A stretch of 64,000 bases of DNA from an uncultured Candidatus Saccharibacteria bacterium (GCA_964562905.1 CAZLVG010000001.1:2297-66296); one strand, 5' to 3'. Positions 29,680 to 38,860 are shown, numbered from the stretch's first letter. Program-made: numbers and translations. The notes: generated by a model not told the origin, from the sequence alone.

Positions 29680-30435
29680 CTACCGCAAAATCGCTGCTTG
29701 TGGCACGGTTAGGGATACAACGTATTCGCGCCAGGCTCTAACCAGTTGCTTAGCCTGCTCGGAGGACAAGGATATGTTGAGCGCTTTTTCTGGATATTCA
29801 GAGACATACCGTAGAACTTTCAGCATGTCAGGCGTCAGCGACGACCTGGCCCGCGACATTACGCTGAGGCTGTTTCGGCGAACAGACAGGCAGGACAAGC
29901 AGAACCAGCTACCCTGTCCGGGGTCCAACACCACCGCTTCCGAGGGGATCTTCGTCCGGCAACGCTGACAACGGCCAAGCAGCGGCAGCACGCCGGCCTC
30001 TCGCAATGATAACAAAACCAGAGCTGTCTCCAGAAGGCACCTCTTGGCGTAGGGTAGGGAGGGCCACAGTTCACATGCCTGCAGCAGCGCGTCATAAAGC
30101 CTGGCATAGACAGCTTCCTCCTCCAGAACATTCATCATGACATGTACTACCCTCTGGACGCCCTTTACCGCCTCCTGGTCGTCGTGCAGGGGTCTGAAAT
30201 ACTGCTGCGTATCCGCCGCCTGCAGAAAAAAACGTCCCTGGCTGCCTGTCACCAGTGCCACTACCTGCGTCAACGGCTCACCATGCCCGCCCCGCCGGGA
30301 CGGTATACGGCGCACCCCCTTAGCCACCACTTTTATGATGCCTTTTTCCCTGCTAAACAACGTCATCAGCCTGTCGGCCTCGCCCACGCTGCGCCGGGAC
30401 AGTACCAGTGCCTGCAATTTATCCCGATACACCAC
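29680..30435 (-). CDS. recO: DNA repair protein RecO
   Basis: VGEADRLMTLFSREKG.IKVVAKGVRR..SR; CxxC...CxxC zinc finger. Confidence 0.93.
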   Translation of the reverse strand: MVYRDKLQALVLSRRSVGEADRLMTLFSREKGIIKVVAKGVRRIPSRRGGHGEPLTQVVALVTGSQGRFFLQAADTQQYFRPLHDDQEAVKGVQRVVHVMMNVLEEEAVYARLYDALLQACELWPSLPYAKRCLLETALVLLSLREAGVLPLLGRCQRCRTKIPSEAVVLDPGQGSWFCLSCLSVRRNSLSVMSRARSSLTPDMLKVLRYVSEYPEKALNISLSSEQAKQLVRAWREYVVSLTVPQAAILR

Positions 30436-30447
30436 CTCTTCACCCCC

Positions 30448-33375
30448 TTATGACACTTTGACCACGCCAAGGTGCGTCCCTCGGCCGTCCACTTCAAAGT
30501 AACCGCCAGTCTGTTTCTCCCCGCTTGCCTCCTCCACTTTGTCTGCCTGCAAGGCGGAAGTAATTTCGTTACGATGCTCCTTGAAGGCCCGTCTTAACTG
30601 TTCATCTTCTGTGCTGAACAACAATATTATACGATCATTTAAGGTGTAACCGGCTTGGCGCCGTAATACCTGACCGCGCCGCACTACCTCCCGCGCCACC
30701 CCTTTTCGCCACAAGTCGGGTGTTATAACACAGTCAACTTCCACTGCCACCGGTGGCCTGCCCCCGAGGGAGTAACTTTCCATTCCCTCGCTTGGCTCCT
30801 CAATATAGGCCAGCTCTCCCACGTTTACCTCTTCCCTGACCAGTTCGGCAATCTCCTCGGGAAGTTCAGCTTCGCCCTTCCTTCGGTGTACTTTCATACC
30901 GCGTAGCGGCTGCCTTACTTTGCCCACCCCGCGCTTTACCCTGTCTGCCAGGCCAGCGTATGCGTACTCCTGCGCCGTTCGCATCAGCCGCCGCAACTGC
31001 CTGGTTTCTTCAATTACTTTTTTGTCAGCCGGCTGCCAATCCGTAAGATGAACTGACAAAGGCACTTTTTTGTTTAAGCCGACAACTAGATGCTGGTACA
31101 TTGCTTCCGCGGAAAAGGGCAGTAAAGGTGCCAACACTCCCGACAAGCGGACTAGGACGTCATACAAGGTCCGCAAGGCCTGCTTGTCGCCCGCCACAAA
31201 CCTGGAACGTGAGCGTCTGATATACCAGTTAGACAGGTCTTCCACCACGGGCCTGACGGCCCGGGCGGCCGTCACGTAGTCGTACCTGCTCAAGGCAATA
31301 TCAATCTTCTCGGCCAGCTGTTCCACCTGGCCCGCAATCCACATGTCCAGCGTGTGTCTGCCACCTTCTCTTCCCGTTGGCTCAAACTTGTGTAAGTCGG
31401 CATAGGTTAAGAAGTAGCGGTAACTGTTCCACAAAATCAACATAGTTTTGCGGTAGTGATCCGTCATGTCGTCTTCCGACACGCTCATATCTTCGCCGTA
31501 CATTATGGGACTGGACATAAAGTACAGGCGCAACGTCTCGCCACCGTATTTCTTTATTATTTCCTTGGGGTCAGGGTAATTGTTATACGATTTTGACATT
31601 TTACGGCCGTCGTCGCCTTTCATCACGCCCGTAACCACCGCGTTCCTGAAAGCCGGAGATTGCCACATAGCGCCTGCTATAACATGCAGGTAGTAAAACC
31701 ATCCCCGCAGCTGACCAGTGTATTCCACCACAAAATCAGCCGGGAAGCTGTCTTTGAATTCTCGCCTGTTTTCAAAGGGAAAATGCCGCTGGGCCGCCGG
31801 CATGGAGGCCGATTCAAACCATACGTCAAGTACTTCCTTAACCCGGACCATCCGGCCTGTACACGAGCAGTCCCAGGTAATTTCATCAATATCCGGACGG
31901 TGCAAGTCAGCTACTTTTTTACCCGACGCCCTCTCAATTTCTTCAACAGAACCCTTAACCTGTACACGGCCGCAAGCAGCGCACTTCCAAACCGGAAGCG
32001 GCGTGCCCCAGTAACGGGAACGAGACAGGCACCAGTCGGGGGCAGTTCTAAGATTGTAAGCAAACCTCCCCTGCTTAAAATGCTCCGGCACCCAGTTCAC
32101 TGCCTCATTCTCCTGCAGAAGCCGGCTGCGCAGCCCGTCCAGGCGCATATACCATGCCCGCTGTGCCCGATAGATTAGAGGAGTTTCACAGCGATAGCAA
32201 AAAGGGTAAGAGTGTTTTATGGCGCCTTTATCAAACAGCAACCCGCGCGCGGACAGACGATCAACTATACCCGGGTCAGCCTCCTTGTAATAAACGCCCC
32301 GCCAAGGAGGTAGTTCGCTGGAAATCATGCCTTCTTCATTCACGGTCACAAAAACGCTCAAGCCTTCTTTCTGCCCCAGATCAAAATCGTCCTGGCCGAA
32401 AGCAGGAGCTATATGCACCACGCCAGTTCCTTCTTCCGTAGTCACGAAAGACGCCGGGTACACTTGGAAATCGTTATCTCCCCTGGGTCCATACGGAAAC
32501 AAGGGTTCATATTTTAAGCCCACCAGTTCTTTGCCTTCAAACTCGCTGGTTATTTCCTGAAGCCTGTCCTTGTACCTTTCATACGCAGTCCGCGCCAGCA
32601 CAACCTTTTGACCGTCATCAGCAATTGCCTCCACATACTCAACTTCAGGATCAACCGCCAAAGCTCTGTTAGCCGGCAAGGTCCAGGGGGTAGTCGTCCA
32701 AGCCAAAAAATACCGGTTGCGTCCGCGCTCTTTGAATTTAACCGTCACCGCTGGATCTTCTACTTCCCGGTAAAAACCTTCATCCATAGTAATCTCAAAC
32801 TTGGACAAAGGCGTGGCGCAGCGCGGGCAATATAAAGAGGAACGCACCCCTTCATAAATGAAATCTTTTTCGTACAACTGCTTAAAGATCCATATCACTG
32901 ACTCCATGTAGTCCCTGTCCATGGTCCTGTACGCTCCTTTCATGTCCACCCAACGGCCTATATGATTGACGTACCAGTGCCATTCCGAAGACACATCCGA
33001 CACGTAATCCCGGCAGGCCGACACAAACTTGTCCACGCCCAGCTCTTCAATATCCTTCTTGCTTTTTATACCCAGCTTTTTTTCCACTTGCGTTTCCGCC
33101 GGCAAGCCGTGGCAATCCCAGCCCCACACCCGCCGTACCCGCTTGCCCTTCATGGTCTGGAACCGGGGTATGATATCCTTGGCGATGCTGGGCAACAAGG
33201 TGGCGTAATGAGGAATACCGGTCACGAAGGGAGGACCGTCGTAAAAAGAATAACTGTTGTCCTTAGGACGTTGCCTAATCGATTCTTTAAAAACGCCAGT
33301 TTCCTCCCACAGCTTCAGAATTTCTTCCTGCATCTCAAAAAGATCCAGGTCTTGTTTTAACGGCTTGAATTTCAT
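30448..33375 (-). CDS. ileS: Isoleucine--tRNA ligase, type 2
   Basis: FYDGPPF, GWDCHGLP, WTTTPWTLP, SRSRYWGTP, KMSKS, SNWYIRRSR. Confidence 0.97.
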   Translation of the reverse strand: MKFKPLKQDLDLFEMQEEILKLWEETGVFKESIRQRPKDNSYSFYDGPPFVTGIPHYATLLPSIAKDIIPRFQTMKGKRVRRVWGWDCHGLPAETQVEKKLGIKSKKDIEELGVDKFVSACRDYVSDVSSEWHWYVNHIGRWVDMKGAYRTMDRDYMESVIWIFKQLYEKDFIYEGVRSSLYCPRCATPLSKFEITMDEGFYREVEDPAVTVKFKERGRNRYFLAWTTTPWTLPANRALAVDPEVEYVEAIADDGQKVVLARTAYERYKDRLQEITSEFEGKELVGLKYEPLFPYGPRGDNDFQVYPASFVTTEEGTGVVHIAPAFGQDDFDLGQKEGLSVFVTVNEEGMISSELPPWRGVYYKEADPGIVDRLSARGLLFDKGAIKHSYPFCYRCETPLIYRAQRAWYMRLDGLRSRLLQENEAVNWVPEHFKQGRFAYNLRTAPDWCLSRSRYWGTPLPVWKCAACGRVQVKGSVEEIERASGKKVADLHRPDIDEITWDCSCTGRMVRVKEVLDVWFESASMPAAQRHFPFENRREFKDSFPADFVVEYTGQLRGWFYYLHVIAGAMWQSPAFRNAVVTGVMKGDDGRKMSKSYNNYPDPKEIIKKYGGETLRLYFMSSPIMYGEDMSVSEDDMTDHYRKTMLILWNSYRYFLTYADLHKFEPTGREGGRHTLDMWIAGQVEQLAEKIDIALSRYDYVTAARAVRPVVEDLSNWYIRRSRSRFVAGDKQALRTLYDVLVRLSGVLAPLLPFSAEAMYQHLVVGLNKKVPLSVHLTDWQPADKKVIEETRQLRRLMRTAQEYAYAGLADRVKRGVGKVRQPLRGMKVHRRKGEAELPEEIAELVREEVNVGELAYIEEPSEGMESYSLGGRPPVAVEVDCVITPDLWRKGVAREVVRRGQVLRRQAGYTLNDRIILLFSTEDEQLRRAFKEHRNEITSALQADKVEEASGEKQTGGYFEVDGRGTHLGVVKVS

Positions 33376-33383
33376 CTTCCGCT

Positions 33384-34064
33384 TTACGCTTTACCCCGGC
33401 GCACTGTCTCTTCCTTTCTTTCCTTATTGGCTAAACCTCCCGCTGGTGAAGGCTCCTTCTGAACCATCTCCTGATAAACCTTCGTCAGCTTTTTCACCCG
33501 GCGTTTCCAGGCTCCCCTGTCAGAGCCTTCCAGAGGCATCACCACCACCCGGCTTTCAGGATAGCCGTGCCGCTTGGTTAATGTCTTTTTATCCTCGGAA
33601 GAACCAACTATTATCCGCTTAGCTCGCTTGCAAAGCCTACTGAAGGCCACTCGGGTCCCCAGCATAAATGAACGGACAAATAAATTACTCTCACTTTTTC
33701 CCCGCGGCACGTAATGAAAAGTCGTAACTATACGCCCAGGATACAAATACGGAATCAGTCCTTCGGGAGAATGGAATACGTCCAGCCGGGCTGCTGCTAG
33801 AAAAGAAGAAATCAGCATGTGAGAATACACTACGGGCAAGTAGCGACGGTACTGAATGAAAGGAAAACGCTTTATAACCACGTTGGACCTAGCGAATTTT
33901 TTGGTACTTTTCATGCGCTTGTCAAAAAAAAGCACCCAAGTGTGTTCCTTTTTTTTATCGGCGTCTATCAAATTCATAATCAGTTCTTCCGTATAACGAG
34001 CGATCTTGGGGTCATATCTTTTGTGCTGGCGCAGTATTATGTGCGCGTCAATTCCTATTCTCAT
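33384..34064 (-). CDS. GT4-like protein retaining only the N-terminal domain (226 aa)
   Basis: MRIGIDA...YTEELI..L, LDVFHSP, IVTTFH; no C-terminal EGFG domain; start moved to ATG 34064 behind a TTGGCT-N17-TATACT promoter. Confidence 0.75.
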   Translation of the reverse strand: MRIGIDAHIILRQHKRYDPKIARYTEELIMNLIDADKKKEHTWVLFFDKRMKSTKKFARSNVVIKRFPFIQYRRYLPVVYSHMLISSFLAAARLDVFHSPEGLIPYLYPGRIVTTFHYVPRGKSESNLFVRSFMLGTRVAFSRLCKRAKRIIVGSSEDKKTLTKRHGYPESRVVVMPLEGSDRGAWKRRVKKLTKVYQEMVQKEPSPAGGLANKERKEETVRRGKA

Positions 34065-34093
34065 AGATATGAGGCCAGTATATAGGACTTGCT

Positions 34094-34243
34094 CCTTCAA
34101 GCCAAGTATGAGTCCGGCGGAGCCGCGGCCAGAGAAGCGACGGACAGGCGGAGAGAATCTCTTATAAAAGGGGGCGGGGAGGCCGGCGCGGCCGGCCGCC
34201 GTCCGAACTCGCTCGCCAGGCTCAAGCCAGCTCCGCTCCGGAC
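34094..34243. repeat. GC-rich multi-stem hairpin attached to a promoter; shorter relative at 37881-37940
   Basis: GTCCGGCGGAGC/GCTCCGCTCCGGAC, AGCGA/TCGCT, CGGAC/GTCCG, GGCGG/CCGCC nested stems; shared CCTTCAAGCCAAG. Confidence 0.55.
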
Positions 34244-34282
34244 GGACCGATAAAAGGCAGACGAGGCACAGGTCCTGCACCA

Positions 34283-35992
34283 TTACATCACATCAGGCTT
34301 GCTAATGCCCAAAAGGTCAAAAACACGTCCCAAGACAGCGCGCGCCGCCAGCACCAGCTGCAACCGACTGCTGGCTATTCTTTTATTGTCAGCCGCCAGC
34401 ACAGGCACATGGCGGTAAAAAACGTGCAGGGCGCGGGCCATATCCCTGGCATAGTAAGCCAATAAATGAACATTATGAGTGTTCACAATGTCTTGAACAA
34501 TTTCCGGAAAACGGTACAGTTGTCGTATCAGTTCCAGCTCCAGGGTGTGGGTCAGGGCAGGCCTGTCCGTAAGTTCCATCCTGTATCCAATCTGGTCTAT
34601 TATCCCTTTTTCCTTAGCGCGCCGCAGAATGGACTGTAAGCGTACATAAGCGTACTGGAGGTAATAGACGGGATTACGCTCGCTGCGCTCTTTGGCTAAG
34701 TCCAAGTCAAGATCCATGTGCGAGTCCAGCCGGTGTTGTACCAAGAAGAATCGCGCGGCGTCGTAACCTATCTCCCGTATAAGGTCCTGGGGGGCGAACA
34801 CCTCGCCTTTTCTCTTGGAAAGCCTGACTGGCTTGCCTTGGCGCACCAGGCCGAACCACTGGGACACCACCAAATGCAGCTTGCTCGTATCGTTGCCCAA
34901 CATTTCTAGCGCCGCTTTTAACTTAGGCAAATGACCCTGGTGATCCGCTCCCACCACCGTCACTATGACATCAAAACCTCTGTTATATTTATCCTGGTGA
35001 TAACCTATATCCGGTGCTATGTAAGCGTACTGCCCGTCACTTTTGACCAGTATCCTGTCTTTGTCGTCTCCGAACAATGTCGTCTTTAGGTACACCGCGC
35101 CGCCTTTGCTAAAAGTTACCCCCCGCTTTTGCAACTGCTGCACTGTCTTTTCTATTACGCCTCTCTCGCGCAGTTCTTTCTCGCTGGTCCATACGTCAAA
35201 ATGTATCTTGAGGACATCGGCCACGGTCTTCTTTATCAGTTCCAGTACCTCTTCCGCCGCTTGCTCCCCTGCTTGCTGCACTATTTCTTTATCATCAAGG
35301 TCACGGGGCACAAACTCTTTGCCTTCGTCTTCCCGCCACTTTTCACCTATATCCCTGGCTAACTCCTTCACGTATTCCCCCTGATACAAGTCCCCTGGTA
35401 GCTCTACGTCATACCCGCTCTCTTGCAATAGTCTCAACAGCACCGACCGTCCTAGGCGCGTGATCTGACTGCCCGCGTCATTTATGTAATACTCCCTGGT
35501 CACATTGTAGCCAGCGCATTCCATAACCCGTCCCAGCGTGTCCACGCTGAAAGCCGTGCGGCAATTGGCCAGAGTTAAGGGGCCAGTGGGGTTAGCCGAA
35601 ATGAATTCCAGGTTTATTCTTTTGCCGCGGCCGATGTTGATGCCGCCACAAACATCTTCCTCAATGACGTTATCTAGCCGCGAAGTTAGCCAGCCGACAT
35701 TAAGACGGATATTCAGGAACCCGCGTTTGGCTGCCGTGAGACGGCCCACGTACATCTTCTTGGGCATGTGCCGCGCTATGGCCTTCACGATTTCCAGGGG
35801 TTGTTTACTCCGGATAAGCGGAGCTAGCCGCAGAGCCACGGGACTGGCGTAGTCGCCCCGTTCGCGGTTATCCTGCCACTCCACTGTCACCTCTGGCCAC
35901 TGCTTCCCCCATGCCGGCAGCTCGCCTGCCTGTACGGCTGCCCGCACGCCTTCCTGGATATCCTGCCTTAACGCTTCTTTAAGATTCAGCAT
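34283..35992 (-). CDS. argS: Arginine--tRNA ligase
   Basis: EFISANPTGPL, REYYINDAG.Q, GADHQGH, LSKRKG, NPVYYLQYAY.R. Confidence 0.97.
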   Translation of the reverse strand: MLNLKEALRQDIQEGVRAAVQAGELPAWGKQWPEVTVEWQDNRERGDYASPVALRLAPLIRSKQPLEIVKAIARHMPKKMYVGRLTAAKRGFLNIRLNVGWLTSRLDNVIEEDVCGGINIGRGKRINLEFISANPTGPLTLANCRTAFSVDTLGRVMECAGYNVTREYYINDAGSQITRLGRSVLLRLLQESGYDVELPGDLYQGEYVKELARDIGEKWREDEGKEFVPRDLDDKEIVQQAGEQAAEEVLELIKKTVADVLKIHFDVWTSEKELRERGVIEKTVQQLQKRGVTFSKGGAVYLKTTLFGDDKDRILVKSDGQYAYIAPDIGYHQDKYNRGFDVIVTVVGADHQGHLPKLKAALEMLGNDTSKLHLVVSQWFGLVRQGKPVRLSKRKGEVFAPQDLIREIGYDAARFFLVQHRLDSHMDLDLDLAKERSERNPVYYLQYAYVRLQSILRRAKEKGIIDQIGYRMELTDRPALTHTLELELIRQLYRFPEIVQDIVNTHNVHLLAYYARDMARALHVFYRHVPVLAADNKRIASSRLQLVLAARAVLGRVFDLLGISKPDVM

Positions 35993-36019
35993 ACTTTATA
36001 AGTATAACCAGAAAGCGTT

Positions 36020-36052
36020 AAAAAACCCCATTACTCATCCTGGTAACGGGGT
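36020..36052 (-). terminator. Rho-independent terminator of the 36075-37181 gene
   Basis: Minus strand ACCCCGTTAC-loop-GTAATGGGGT followed by a T run. Confidence 0.8.
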
Positions 36053-36074
36053 GAACGAACAGAAATAGCCTTGG

Positions 36075-37181
36075 TCAGACGCGCCGAAGCTTCTGCTCGT
36101 AACGAACCCTTCGGCAGCGCTGAAAACCGTATTTATGCAACCGGCAGTCGCCGCCCCGGCAAGCCTTCTGGCACTCGTCCTTGGTACGCTGGCCCAAGAA
36201 GGAAGTGTCTAGGGACATTTTGACCAGACTGGCCACCGTCTCCAGCGACAGGCGGGTAACGGGGTACTCAAAGTGCTCCGTGCCGTTGTGCAGCTGGCCG
36301 TAAGGCTTGGCGTAATACCATCGGCCTTCCCGGTACGGTACGCCCTCGCCGCGCAACTTCTCCCAGTCGCGCTCCCGGACGTCGTCTTGAGCTTCCTGCT
36401 CGGCAATATTCACCGCCTGGGCCAAGTCGTCCAAGTTAAGGTTGGCTTTGTTGTTGGTGAAAACGTGAATATGACCGTCAGGATCCTGCTGTACCACGAC
36501 GTCGGCTTTAAACCAGGCGCGGGCGGCCGTACTCACGTGCCAGTTGTGGTCCTCGTCGGCGGGAACCGCCACCACTACCAGCCGCAGCTCTTTTCCTTTC
36601 GGGCCATTTATGGTCTCGTGTCTTCCCTGCCGGCGAATGAGCTGCGCCGCCCTGTGAAACACTTCCTGGTCCCACACAAACATCCTCACCAGGTCCTTCA
36701 GGTGCTCAATCACCCTGTGCTGCTCTGGCTCCGTGAAGGTGCCGCCGCTGGCTTCGGCCAGGTGGCGCCGCCAGCGAAACAGCAGGCGCGTCAAGGAATA
36801 TACGTCATAAGGGTGCCGCGCTTCCACGGCCTCCCTGCGCCCAGGATTCATCTGCCCGCCGGTTTCAGCAAAGTTGCAGAAAGCCACCATCTGCCTCCAC
36901 CAGGGGGCTTTCTCAACCAGGTTGAGGGCCTTGGCTACCAGCGCCAGGCAACAGCCCTTCTTGCGTCCTTCTCCCGTGTCAGGGTCGGGGTGCTCATCAA
37001 AAGGACCGCCGCCCACCCCCAGCCACAGCCTCCCGTCGGGACAGTATTTGTCCAGGAAAGCTCTGTCTCCGTATTCCTCTACGGCCACTAAAGCCGCAAC
37101 TTCCTCCAGGTGAGGGTAAGCATGCAGCTCCACTGGCACATTCTCCGCGGCCACCGAGATTTCACAGGTCACCGTGTCCAT
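36075..37181 (-). CDS. Putative MYG1/DHH-like metal-dependent hydrolase with C-terminal Cys cluster
   Basis: HAYPHLEE and GVGGGPFDEH resemble MYG1-family H..FHADE and DVGG..FDHH; SD-like GAAGGGAG; own promoter and terminator. Confidence 0.5.
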   Translation of the reverse strand: MDTVTCEISVAAENVPVELHAYPHLEEVAALVAVEEYGDRAFLDKYCPDGRLWLGVGGGPFDEHPDPDTGEGRKKGCCLALVAKALNLVEKAPWWRQMVAFCNFAETGGQMNPGRREAVEARHPYDVYSLTRLLFRWRRHLAEASGGTFTEPEQHRVIEHLKDLVRMFVWDQEVFHRAAQLIRRQGRHETINGPKGKELRLVVVAVPADEDHNWHVSTAARAWFKADVVVQQDPDGHIHVFTNNKANLNLDDLAQAVNIAEQEAQDDVRERDWEKLRGEGVPYREGRWYYAKPYGQLHNGTEHFEYPVTRLSLETVASLVKMSLDTSFLGQRTKDECQKACRGGDCRLHKYGFQRCRRVRYEQKLRRV

Positions 37182-37210
37182 CGCTATCTCCCTTCAAATT
37201 CGGGGGCGCC

Positions 37211-37331
37211 AAAAAATTCCCAAAGAAACTGCCTCTTTGGGTTGGGTAAGAACAACTTGTCAAGCTACTCAAGCTGCCTCAAGCTACCTCGACAAGTTAC
37301 TATTATATGCTACAACAGGTCATCTTGTCAA
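37211..37331 (-). promoter_or_regulatory. Consensus sigma70 promoter plus structured leader ending in a terminator-like hairpin
   Basis: TTGACA-N18-TATAAT (37331-37302); AACTTGTC/GACAAGTT stem around three GAG(G)YAGCTT repeats; CCCAAAGA/TCTTTGGG hairpin then AATTTTTT. Confidence 0.7.
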
Positions 37332-37856
37332 GGGAGGCACCTCGCTGGGCGCTTTCCGCGGTCCAGGCTGCTGGCTAACCGCGTACCAATGCTTGTACAC
37401 ATCAGACTTAACCTTCAAAGGTCCATTAATATGCCGCAGATGCAGCTCCACGTTCTGGCTGCCGGCTGTGTTTAAACCTAAAGAGCCGGTGTTAGTAAGC
37501 AGCCGTTCCATAATGGTTTCGTTCACCGTTATATCTGTAATGTAGTCGTGACGCACCGTAACCATACGCTTATGCAACAGCCCCTCTCTGGACATAACGC
37601 GGCTGTCAGTAACGGCGTAATGCACGAAGAAAGTCAGGTAGAGCGCCGGCACCACCATCAAAACGGCCACCAGAAGTAACAACACGCCCAGCAGCGGGAT
37701 CCAAAAGGACAGCGCTACCGCCGCTCCTGCCAGTAACAACACTGGCAGCCACCAGAAGACAAACAGATACCTGCCGCTTACGCCGAAAGTGCGCAACACT
37801 TTCTCACCCGGCATCAGAAATTTTTTCCAGTACCGTTCGTGCCGTTGGTGGCCCAT
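37320..37856 (-). CDS. Bacterial PH-domain (bPH_2-like) membrane protein
   Basis: L.PGEKVL, two TM segments, YAVTDSRV..REGLL, ITDITV, TGSL.LNTAG; start at ATG 37856 just after TATGCT. Confidence 0.85.
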   Translation of the reverse strand: MGHQRHERYWKKFLMPGEKVLRTFGVSGRYLFVFWWLPVLLLAGAAVALSFWIPLLGVLLLLVAVLMVVPALYLTFFVHYAVTDSRVMSREGLLHKRMVTVRHDYITDITVNETIMERLLTNTGSLGLNTAGSQNVELHLRHINGPLKVKSDVYKHWYAVSQQPGPRKAPSEVPPLTR

Positions 37857-37880
37857 ACGGTAAAGCATATAAGGCTTACC

Positions 37881-37940
37881 CCTTCAAGCCAAGGGCGTCC
37901 CGCCGGTCTTAAGCCAGCCTATCTCCGCCTGGACCGGGAC
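37881..37940. repeat. Short relative of the 34094 hairpin element
   Basis: CCTTCAAGCCAAG, then GTCCCGCCGGTC...AAGCCAGC...CTCCGC...GACCGGGAC stem. Confidence 0.5.
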
Positions 37941-38011
37941 ACGGGGACAGCCGGAGCGCGAGTCCCACGTATATAACTTTCTTTTTTTGAGTGAGGGAGC
38001 ACAATAGAAAC

Positions 38012-38458
38012 ATGCCCACCCTGGCTTACAACCGCCGGGCTAAATTTGACTACCACCTCCTGGAAACACTGGAGGGAGGGCTGGCGCTGCTCGGCACTGA
38101 AGTAAAATCGGCTAAAGCCGGCAATCTAAGCCTGCGCGGAGCTTTCGTGACCATACACCATAATGAAGCTTACCTTACCAACGCCACCATACCGCCCTGG
38201 CAGGTAAAAAATACGCCCCGCGGCTACGATCCCGCCCGCCCGCGCAAAGTACTGTTGAAAAGAAGTGAGCTTAAGCACCTTATCGGCAGTAAACAATCAA
38301 AAGGCTTGACAGTTATCCCTATAAGCGTTTATACTAAAGGACCGCGCGTAAAGCTTGAACTGGCACTGGCCCGGGGAAAAAAGAAGCATGACCGCAAACT
38401 GGAGAAAAAGGAAAGAGACATCCGGCGCGAGGTGGCCAGAACGTTGCGCGGAAAATAG
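38012..38458 (+). CDS. smpB: SsrA-binding protein
   Basis: NRRAKFDY, L.GTEVKS, RKVLL, LARGKKKHDR; abuts tmRNA. Confidence 0.97.
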   Translation: MPTLAYNRRAKFDYHLLETLEGGLALLGTEVKSAKAGNLSLRGAFVTIHHNEAYLTNATIPPWQVKNTPRGYDPARPRKVLLKRSELKHLIGSKQSKGLTVIPISVYTKGPRVKLELALARGKKKHDRKLEKKERDIRREVARTLRGK

Positions 38459-38860
38459 GGGCGCGTTATGGCCTCGACGGGTTGTTGTTTACCCAATCTG
38501 CGTGCTGTGTGCTGTGAGCCGCTCACATAAATAAAAGGGTTCACCAAAGTTCAAGTGCGAACTTATTTAAGCGGGTGAAGACGGCTTTGGCCCCTTCATT
38601 TGCTACCGCTGCCGCTTAAACACCGGCAGCCATCGCCTCGCTCCTGCCGCCGGGCGCGAGCAGCGGTGCCAGATCAGGCGGATAGGGCGGTTTGGTTTGA
38701 GAGACAAGCTGCCTGACTTAAAGCACATTCTCCTCACGTGCGCCTGAAGTCTTTGCCGGTCTGTTGCTGCCCGCGTACGTAAAACTGCCAGACCGGCTAC
38801 GCGCGTAGATGATTGCGTATCCACATCCCGCACGCGAGTTCAACTCTCGCCGCGTCCACC
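38459..38860 (+). ncRNA. ssrA: tmRNA
   Basis: GGGCGCG/CGCGTCC-ACC acceptor stem with G3-U70, CTCGAC near 5' end, GAGTTCAACTCTC T-arm; probable tag frame 38557-38619 ANLFKRVKTALAPSFATAAA*. Confidence 0.93.

Noticed and set aside
34065-34283. N-terminal 73 aa of the 33384-34283 ORF in the track
   Set aside because: Runs through a promoter and GC-rich hairpin; GT4 similarity starts at MRIGIDA (34064)
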